A DNA stretch of 64,000 bases from Candidatus Anstonellales archaeon (GTDB lineage Archaea > Micrarchaeota > Micrarchaeia > Anstonellales > J096), in contig JAWAFI010000003.1 of assembly GCA_038890615.1 (NCBI GenBank), forward strand, positions 6,477 to 70,476, read 5' to 3'. The notes beneath the pieces are model-generated. The model was given only the letters and a program-made list of their open reading frames with translations, did no database searches and was not told the DNA's origin. This document shows, piece after piece, positions 40,301-48,100 of this stretch. The translations under genes were made by a program, and so were the position numbers. Positions within the stretch are counted from its first letter, which is position 1. Each line of letters begins with the position of its first letter.

Positions 40301-40686
40301 AGCAACCTTTCCTTAAGGCAGTCTGCAACAAAGCACATCCCATGGAAAACTTGCACACCCTTTTGCCTGCATAGCTCTATCGCTCTTTCATTTTCAGAGC
40401 CTGGCTGGAACCATATTGCCTTTGCCCCTGCAAGGCAGGCTTCCTCTGCAACTTTCCGGGCGACTGAAGGAGGGGTTACAACAATAACCAAGCCCGGAGC
40501 TTCTGGAAGCGAAGAAATTGAGGGGTAAGCCTTTGCACCATCTATTTCCCCGGCATTTGGATTTACGGGATAAACCCTGAAACCATATAAAACCAAGCTG
40601 TGGAATACCCGATAGCCATACTTTGACTTGTCTCGCGAGGCACCTACGACTGCTATAGGGGTTGATTTGGAAAAAAGCTCCATCAC
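40297..40686 (-). CDS. CoA-binding protein (YccU-like)
   Basis: IAVVGAS...KYG, YPVNP, IWFQPG. Confidence 0.9.
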   Translation of the reverse strand: MMELFSKSTPIAVVGASRDKSKYGYRVFHSLVLYGFRVYPVNPNAGEIDGAKAYPSISSLPEAPGLVIVVTPPSVARKVAEEACLAGAKAIWFQPGSENERAIELCRQKGVQVFHGMCFVADCLKERLL

Positions 40687-41372
40687 TCTTGCCCTTCTTC
40701 CCCTGCCTCCTCAAATGACAAGAGAGTGTGCTTGAAATCAGAAAAATCTTTTACTAACCCTTTGCTAACCATATAAGAGCGGGCTAGCAGGAAATAAACC
40801 ATAGCTATAGCTTTTTTCCCTTTGTTGTTTGTAGGTATGGCAAAATCAACATAATCAAGGGAGTTGTCAGTGTCGCAAAGCGCCACAACAGGTATGTTCA
40901 TAACCGCTGCTTCCTTTACAGCCACGCTTTCGGCCCTTGGATCTGAAACAAGGAGTATGGACGGCTCTTTGAAGAACGGAAGCTTCTTGTTTGTAAGAGT
41001 GCCTGGTATGAACCTTCCCCTAATGGTGTTCATGCCAGTAACCTGCCCAAGCTTCACTGAAACTAGCGAGGAGTAAGTCCTTGAAGCAGTTACTAGCACC
41101 TCTTCTGGCCTGTAATGGGCCAGCAACGAGGCTGCCTGCCTTATCCTTTTGTCGGTCTGGTTTATGTCAAGTATGAATATCCCATCCTCCCTCTTTTTGT
41201 AAACAAAGGGCTTCATGTGGTGGTGGAGTATCCTCGTACCTATATGCACTCCTGCCCTAAGGTAATTTTCTGCAGGGATAAGAAGCCCTTCTTTGCTTTC
41301 CATCTCCTTTTCTATTGTCCTCTCAATCTCTCCTTCCTCAACTTTGTCTTTTGGTTCTTTTTTTTCTGCCAT
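40683..41372 (-). CDS. rps2: 30S ribosomal protein uS2
   Basis: YLRAGVHIGT, GRFIPGTLTN, DP, ALCDTDN, PTNNKG. Start at ATG 41372. Confidence 0.96.
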   Translation of the reverse strand: MAEKKEPKDKVEEGEIERTIEKEMESKEGLLIPAENYLRAGVHIGTRILHHHMKPFVYKKREDGIFILDINQTDKRIRQAASLLAHYRPEEVLVTASRTYSSLVSVKLGQVTGMNTIRGRFIPGTLTNKKLPFFKEPSILLVSDPRAESVAVKEAAVMNIPVVALCDTDNSLDYVDFAIPTNNKGKKAIAMVYFLLARSYMVSKGLVKDFSDFKHTLLSFEEAGEEGQE

Positions 41373-41390
41373 CTTAGCACCTGTGAATAT

Positions 41391-41474
41391 TGGGGCCGCC
41401 GAGATTTCCAAACATTTGAACTCGGATAACAGGCACCCCAAGCCTGCAGGATGACCAGGTTACCTCACGGCCCC
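41391..41474 (-). tRNA. tRNA-Pro(GGG) with a 10-nt intron in the T-loop (position 59/60)
   Basis: GGGGCCG/CGGCCCC acceptor, CAGGC-TTGGGGT-GCCTG anticodon arm, T-arm CCGAG-TTCAAA[TGTTTGGAAA]T-CTCGG. Confidence 0.9.
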
Positions 41475-41482
41475 TTTTGAGC

Positions 41483-41677
41483 TCAATCTTGGTGGAATTC
41501 AATTATCTCACCCATAATATCTACATATGAAACAAACATTCGCCTGCAGCAGTATCTTTCGACCTTCAGTTCATCTAGAGCTGCCTTCTCTCCCTTTTCC
41601 TCCTTCAACTTAACATAGTTATCATATAAGTGGCCAATCACAGAACCACAACTAAAACACCTGACCGGAAACTCCAT
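41483..41677 (-). CDS. rpoN: RNA polymerase subunit N (Rpo10)
   Basis: PVRCFSCG...RYCCRRM. Confidence 0.97.
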   Translation of the reverse strand: MEFPVRCFSCGSVIGHLYDNYVKLKEEKGEKAALDELKVERYCCRRMFVSYVDIMGEIIEFHQD

Positions 41678-41681
41678 TTAC

Positions 41682-42113
41682 TCACCTGTAGGACTTCTGG
41701 TATTTTGCCCTTGCCTTCCTTCTCCTGTACTTCTTTGACTCCACCTGCCTTACATCATTTACAATGTAGCTTTTTTCAAGGCCAAAGAAATGGCTTTCCA
41801 AAGAAGGGTCGTTGAAATACTTAACTAATGCTCTCGCTACTGCCCCCCTTATTGCATCAACTTGGCCCATTATCCCGCCTCCAGAAACATTAACCAAAAT
41901 ATCCAGCTTTGAGACATCCTTGCCTGAAAGGTCAAGCGGCTCGGTTAGCATGTCCCTAATGTATTTGTTGCTTATTGAGTTTATTCCTCTTCCATTTATC
42001 CTATACTGCCCTGTGCCCTCCCTTATGATTACCCTTGCCCTGGCTTTCTTCCTTTTTGCGCCACCAAAAGCAAATGAAGTGCTTTTGCTTTTCTTTTTTC
42101 CGGCTTTAGGCAT
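41682..42113 (-). CDS. rps9: 30S ribosomal protein uS9
   Basis: KRKKARAR, VSGGGIMGQ, ARAKYQKSYR. Confidence 0.97.
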   Translation of the reverse strand: MPKAGKKKSKSTSFAFGGAKRKKARARVIIREGTGQYRINGRGINSISNKYIRDMLTEPLDLSGKDVSKLDILVNVSGGGIMGQVDAIRGAVARALVKYFNDPSLESHFFGLEKSYIVNDVRQVESKKYRRRKARAKYQKSYR

Positions 42114-42531
42114 TGTTCCACCCTAGCTTTTTGCACAACTCGTAAACAGTTATATACTTTACATCCTCGTTTTTAACCTTAGCTGCTTCTATAGATAGCA
42201 TTTCCTTGCCTTTGAACTCTTCAGGAACTCCTTCATAAACCATAAGCTTTTTAAGGGCATTTCTTCCCTTCATCTTCTTCCTTGGCACCATGCCGCTTAT
42301 TGACTTCTTTACAAAGAGATGGGGTATTTTTGGGTATTTTGGCGATTTTTCAGGGTCAGCTTTGTATTGGAGTGACCTTTTTTGCTTATATCTTTTTTCA
42401 GCGAATTCTGGGTTGGATATGAGCATCTTTTCGCAATTCACCACAGCCACTTCCTCCCCTTTTATTATCTCTTTGGCAATCTGGGTTGCCGCCCTTCCTA
42501 ATATAAGCCCTTCGCAATCGTATATCTTCAT
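42106..42531 (-). CDS. rpl13: 50S ribosomal protein uL13
   Basis: D..GLILGR.A..IAK, VVNCEK, GMVP, LMVYEGVP. Confidence 0.96.
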   Translation of the reverse strand: MKIYDCEGLILGRAATQIAKEIIKGEEVAVVNCEKMLISNPEFAEKRYKQKRSLQYKADPEKSPKYPKIPHLFVKKSISGMVPRKKMKGRNALKKLMVYEGVPEEFKGKEMLSIEAAKVKNEDVKYITVYELCKKLGWNNA

Positions 42532-42890
42532 TATATCACTATCCTTATTCCCTTCCCCTCCTTGTTCGAAGAGTAAAGCTTTTCTATCTCAAGGATCTCT
42601 GCACCCTCCTTCATGAGCTTCTTCCTTGCCATGTCGCTGAAAGAGTAGGCAGCTATTTTTGCCTTAGGAGCGCTGCCATCCCCCAACACCTTTCCAGGCA
42701 CGACGATCACTTCACCTTCCTTTGCCACCTTCGATATCTTGCTAAGGTTAACTGCTACCCTCTGCCTCTTGCTCCTGCCCAAGAAATGGGCAATCCTTTT
42801 CCATACTCCTTTCTTGCTCGCACGAAGAGATTCTATGAGGTGAGCTAATCTTTTGTCCTCTTTCATAAGCATTACCTCTGACTTGCTCAT
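42531..42890 (-). CDS. rpl18e: 50S ribosomal protein eL18
   Basis: W..IA..L.RSKRQRVAVNLSKI, VVPGKVLGDG. Confidence 0.96.
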   Translation of the reverse strand: MSKSEVMLMKEDKRLAHLIESLRASKKGVWKRIAHFLGRSKRQRVAVNLSKISKVAKEGEVIVVPGKVLGDGSAPKAKIAAYSFSDMARKKLMKEGAEILEIEKLYSSNKEGKGIRIVI

Positions 42891-42944
42891 TATAAGGATT
42901 TTGGGAAATGCTTATAAACCTTCTCCTTTTGCTTCCTAGCGCTT

Positions 42945-45140
42945 TCAGGCAGGACAGTTGAAATCAGAGTAGCATTGGCTTATTATGTAGCGGTATTTCC
43001 TAATCACTTCATAAGCGAAATCATAGCCATACATCTGCTTGTTCCTCTTGGTTGTATAATCTATAAAGTCAGTGTAAGTGCAGGAGGCGTCACTGGGGTT
43101 GGGGGTTATTGAAGCATAGCTGCTTATCCATGAGCTATCCCAATCGCCATAATACATATGAAGGGCTATGAACATTGCAATAAGGTCTCGCTCATCGCTT
43201 TCATAGTCAGTGCCCCTGAATTGGAGAAGCTTGTCTGCGTTTTCATCTACAAACTTGTATGCAGAGCTTAGGTTTTTAGAAAGTTCTCCGCCAAATGCGC
43301 ACAAATTATCATAAGGGTCAAATGGGTTGAAGTTAGGATTGCATCTCTTTGCATTGTAAGGAAGCTCAAGCCCATGAGGGTCGCTGTTGTAATAAGTGAA
43401 TGGAGCTATCTGCAGCCCTGTCAAGCCAAAGTTGCAGTAGCGCTGGCCTGATTGGGGCTGAGGCGAAATGGAGCATACGGAGGAAGGGTCTGATATGTAA
43501 GGAGGGTAAGGAGGAGGAGCAGGGCCAGGGTTGCAGAATGGGTCTGAAGAAGTAGCATAATAATAAGCGCACTTGTCAATAGTTCCTGCTCCGCCGCTCA
43601 TTACCCACATTACTGCTCGGGTTATTGCAGGAGGTATTGAATAAAGGTCCGAGTAGCCATCGCTCACATCTTTATAGGTGTTGCATAAGTCATTATCGCT
43701 AGGGTCTGATGCCCCGGGCGCGCTGCCGGGCGAATAAGGTGTTATGCACCTATCGTATGGATCAGGGAGATCTTCATAGTAAAGGCAACCAGTGCAGGTA
43801 TACTCAAGGGGATCTGATTTCAGTGGGTCAAGAGGGTTGTCAATGCTAATTGTTGCAAAAGGAATCTGGTAGTTAGAGCTTACTAGGACGCATTGAGGCA
43901 GGGGTCCTACTGGAAAATGGATTATTGGAGCATATGGGCCTGAATATGCAATTTGGCAGAAGTAAAACCAGTGCCTAAACTCCTGGAGCTGGTCAGCATT
44001 CTGCTTTGAGAAATCGAACATTCCGCAGTTGGCGCAATCAATCGGGCCTCCCCCTGCATTGCTCACCAGCGAATACATAGAGCTCCCTATTATCCCTGAT
44101 GAGGTTAGCTGCTGAAGCTGGAGGTAATAGATTTTTATGAATTGGGTGTTGTAATCCTCAGTCCACCTGCACTGCTTTCCGTTGCCCATAACAAATATGC
44201 CCTTGTCCAAAAGTATATAAGCCCACACAACCGGCTTGTCAAATGCATATGTAAGGTTCCTTGACCAAACGAACAGCTTTGTTATTGCAACATTTGGGTC
44301 ACAGGTTGATTCCTTTTTCATCATCTCCTTGTTGTCAAACCCAACGCCTATGAAATCCACTGCGTCCCTTGTGGCCTTGTCAGAAAGGACTGAATGGGCA
44401 AATTCAGTCTCGCCATATTTAACGCCGAACCCGATAAGGCAGTTCGGGCATTCCTGCTTCATTGCCTGAAGCTGCGCCCTTATAATTGAAGTGTCATCCC
44501 TAGAAGCGTCTTTTTTAGCAGAGAAATCACTAACTATAAGAACAGGCCCCAAATCCTTGAACTGCGCAGCAAATTTGCCCCCTTCGTTTGGATCAGGGGA
44601 TGTCCCTGTTGAATACAACAAGTAAAGAGGCATCACATTTTTTTCCAAGTAGCACTTAGGAATGCTCTTTGAAACGATAGGGTAGGAAAACTGTTGCCTT
44701 GTAACCCACTGGGTTGCCAATGAAAGGGAGTTGTTGCAGAACTTATTAGCATACCTGAAAGTGCCCATTGATGGGCCTTGCCCAACTAGTGCCCTCTGCA
44801 CAAATGTATGGGTTGAAGTGGTTGTTATAGAAATGTTATGAATTTCATCCCGAGAGCAATTTGTGTCAAAGCTGCACTCGCCTTCATAAAGCGAAGGCAC
44901 TGAAGAAAGCCAAGGGGTCTTCTGCTTGCAGACCATGCAGGAGCAGTCGTTTGTAGTGTCAACAAGAGCAGCCTGCTGCTGAGCCATTTTTGCAAGGTCA
45001 GTTTCTACTAAGGGCTTGTTGAGAGTGGCGCTGCTTAGCGCATTCATGTCATTTTTCAACTCTGCGCATCCAGAAAGGAAAATCAATAGGGCAATCAGGA
45101 AAGCAGGCCTAAGCTGATGAATGGAATGTTGAATGCCCAT
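42945..45140 (-). CDS. Secreted Cys-rich lipoprotein: putative degenerate glycoside-hydrolase-like barrel plus SLT/lysozyme-like C-terminal domain
   Basis: Lipobox FLSG|C, many Cys pairs, YSIPPAITRAVMWVMS, GLTGLQI, FDPYDNL, IALHMYYG. Confidence 0.6.
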   Translation of the reverse strand: MGIQHSIHQLRPAFLIALLIFLSGCAELKNDMNALSSATLNKPLVETDLAKMAQQQAALVDTTNDCSCMVCKQKTPWLSSVPSLYEGECSFDTNCSRDEIHNISITTTSTHTFVQRALVGQGPSMGTFRYANKFCNNSLSLATQWVTRQQFSYPIVSKSIPKCYLEKNVMPLYLLYSTGTSPDPNEGGKFAAQFKDLGPVLIVSDFSAKKDASRDDTSIIRAQLQAMKQECPNCLIGFGVKYGETEFAHSVLSDKATRDAVDFIGVGFDNKEMMKKESTCDPNVAITKLFVWSRNLTYAFDKPVVWAYILLDKGIFVMGNGKQCRWTEDYNTQFIKIYYLQLQQLTSSGIIGSSMYSLVSNAGGGPIDCANCGMFDFSKQNADQLQEFRHWFYFCQIAYSGPYAPIIHFPVGPLPQCVLVSSNYQIPFATISIDNPLDPLKSDPLEYTCTGCLYYEDLPDPYDRCITPYSPGSAPGASDPSDNDLCNTYKDVSDGYSDLYSIPPAITRAVMWVMSGGAGTIDKCAYYYATSSDPFCNPGPAPPPYPPYISDPSSVCSISPQPQSGQRYCNFGLTGLQIAPFTYYNSDPHGLELPYNAKRCNPNFNPFDPYDNLCAFGGELSKNLSSAYKFVDENADKLLQFRGTDYESDERDLIAMFIALHMYYGDWDSSWISSYASITPNPSDASCTYTDFIDYTTKRNKQMYGYDFAYEVIRKYRYIISQCYSDFNCPA

Positions 45141-48100
45141 GTAGGCACCTCCCTTGCACTAGCCTTATTCCGCACCTTGGGCAGAATGCGTGCCGAACTT
45201 CATCTTTCAATGATTCCCTATACTCATCCTTGGCTGACTCCCAAAATGCCTTTCCAGACCTAATCCCAGCATAGATTCCTGCAACAGAAGCCCCTGCAGG
45301 CAGGGCTGCAAATAGCATAGGCGCAAAGCCAAGGCCAATGGAATGCTTCCAGCTTTCCTTCTTCCTCTCTTCCTTGCTCAGGTTCCAAAGCGCTCCTCCA
45401 GTAATTATCCTGTTCATGTATCCTTCAGTTACTGAGTAGTACGAAAGCTCATACCTGTTCTTGATTAGGAGTTCAGGGGTTGGTATCTCCCTTCTATAGA
45501 TTGGGGCATTTGCCTCGTGCATAAGCTCCCTGCTCATTGGCAAAAGCACCTTCTGCCCTTCTCTACTCATCTCTTGCGGGGAGGAAGCGCCATAAAGCCG
45601 CAGAGCCCATAAGTGCATCTGGGGGTTTAATCTATACTGCCCCAATGAGTCAAAATAGCTGTGGCCTGGGTTTGCCATTGCCTGCCATATGTTATAAACT
45701 GCAGGGTTGTAAAATGGAGTAACAAACTGATGGGGCCTTGGCGCACCATATATGACTTCCTCGCCGCCATAACCCCACTTCTTGAACCTGCTGCCTCCTT
45801 CCCCTGAGCCGCTTGAAGGTTCTTTTGCCTCGCCTGCAAACCAATAAGCTACGCGATTTGAGAGGTTCCAGATATCCATGCTTGGGCCTGTCATCCAAGT
45901 TGAAGGGGTGAAGAGCGTTTCAATCAATGTCCTAAACCTCCCAAGATAGCGCATTCCAGTGTATGGGAACGGCTGCATAGTATCTGGCTCTATTACCCTA
46001 CCCTGTTCATCAACCAAATAGCCAAGGCTCTTTGGGGAAGGATAGCCGCCTCCTATGTAGCTCATTAGCCTTGAAGCCATTATGAATGGCTTTGCAACAA
46101 ACTGTGCAAACTTGCTTATCCTCCCCAGCATTGGGCCGCTGTACCTCCACTCAATATCATCTTGGAAGGTTTTCCAGTGCATTTCTGATGGATACGGAAG
46201 CGCCGGCCCTACCTGGAAGTATCCGTGTGTTATCCTTTCTTCGCCTTCCATTGAAGGAACATGAAGCCTGGGGTCCCTGGTAATTGCATAATCCCAGCCA
46301 CCTTCAAATTTCATGTATCTGTCCAAGATAGCACTGTATATGCCAGCAAGTTTCTTCTCCTTCAAGTAATCTGCATTCCTATGCATCTCCTCAAACATCT
46401 TAGCAGAGGCCTTCCTTCCCTCATAAAGGAGCAGGGAGCTGCCTACTAGAAGATCAGTAATTTGCTCAGCCCTGGGCGCAGAAATGTAGAGAGGCCTAGC
46501 CAGCACTTCATCAAGCAGCCCAAAACCTATCTGCTTGAGCTTTCCCTTTATCCCTTCCCAGCCTCCCATTTCCGCCTGATCCTGAGCCATTTTCTTTACA
46601 GTTACTATCTTGTAGTCATCTGGCCCTAGGACATCAAGAAGGCCAATATGGTGGCCACTATGCTGAAGCTTGAAGGAAAGAAGGGCTACATCGTATGCAG
46701 AAAGCTTTCCGCTTTGAAGCAGCAGCCTGATTGATTCCTTGAACTCTTCCTTTTGGATAGTCATAAGCTTGGCAGCATTGAAAAAGGCTGATTTGTAGTT
46801 CCCAAAAATAGATGGGTCTGCAGCAGCAAGCTTTTTGGCCAACTCTTCCATCTGAGAAGTTGAAAACATCTTGTAGCTTGGGTCAAGAACTTTGAAGTTG
46901 CCTTTTTCGTCCTTAAACATAAGCCTGGCTCCTGTAATGCCGTCAAAAATAGATACGGACATGCCATTCTCGTATGGGACAAAAGAGTTTCCTCTTGTCA
47001 TTATCCAAGGAACTGATTGGTCCATTTTCAAGGGGTTTATCCTTGTGTTAAGAAGGAAGTTGTGGAAGTCATTAATGTTTTTAGCTACATACTCCCTTAC
47101 AGAAGCATCATCAAGATTTGTCTGCCCTTTTTCCTTTGCATAATACCTGGCAAGAGCATTGAAAAACTTCAAATCTGCCTTTTCAAAGTCAGTGCGCCAG
47201 TTTGCGCCGAAGCTGGTTATGTTGCCCCTTGCGAAAACAGAAAGCATGTTCTCAAGGAAAAGCTCCCTTGTCATTGCAAGCCGTGCATCAGGAGTGTCAG
47301 GACCAGGCTTGTGGGGAGAGTCATATGCCCTTGAAACTGTCTCTATTGCAGCCACCTTGAGCCTGTCTCCGCCAATCTTCCAATGCCCTCTTAAGTCAAA
47401 GGCCCAAAGCTGGTTGTTAGCAGCCTCATACTGTATGCCCCTGAAATTGGATTTAAGCACCTCAGAAATGTTTTTGTCCATGCCAATTCTCCCTATCCCT
47501 GAAACAATGGACTTGGCTTTTGCCCCAACCTTTTCGTGCACAGCTCCGCCAATTTGATCAAGGGATGTACCTGTTGCCTCAAATGGCTTTGAGAATATGT
47601 TTGTTAGCTGAAGGGCACCTTTCTTAATCATCTCGTCTATGTTCCACTGCGGGAAAAGCGCCTGAAGCGCCAAAGCGTAATTTTCGATTGGGTTCGAGCC
47701 AACCCTCCTAATAGAGTTCATTAAATCAATTATAAAATACTGGATAGAGTTGTTTATATGCCTGCTACCAAGCCCGAAAAGCTCATTGAGCGCCTTAAGC
47801 GTTGTCGTGGCAATTGCTGCAAATTCAGCTTTGTTGCTGTATATCTTGAACTCTTGCTCACTAGCCATTGAAATATGGCCAAGCTGGGCTGCATATTCTT
47901 TTAGGAAGAAAAACTGGTAATTTGATTTAGTTAGCTCCTTTTCCATCATAAAGTGGTAGAAATCATTATAACCTGTAGAAGCAAAAGGAATTGAATCTTT
48001 TCGGTAGTAGGAGCTTCTGCTTATAAAATTATAGAGGTCCAATGCCTTTATGGATTCAGGTCTATTATCTGCACGGATTCTGTTCAATTCCGTGAAGAAA

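Noticed and set aside
15089-41441. N-terminal extensions of the HAD, glmS, gltX and rps2 ORFs (also cysK, scpA and the HD protein)
   Set aside because: They run into tRNAs or neighbouring genes. Downstream starts match the family N-termini.
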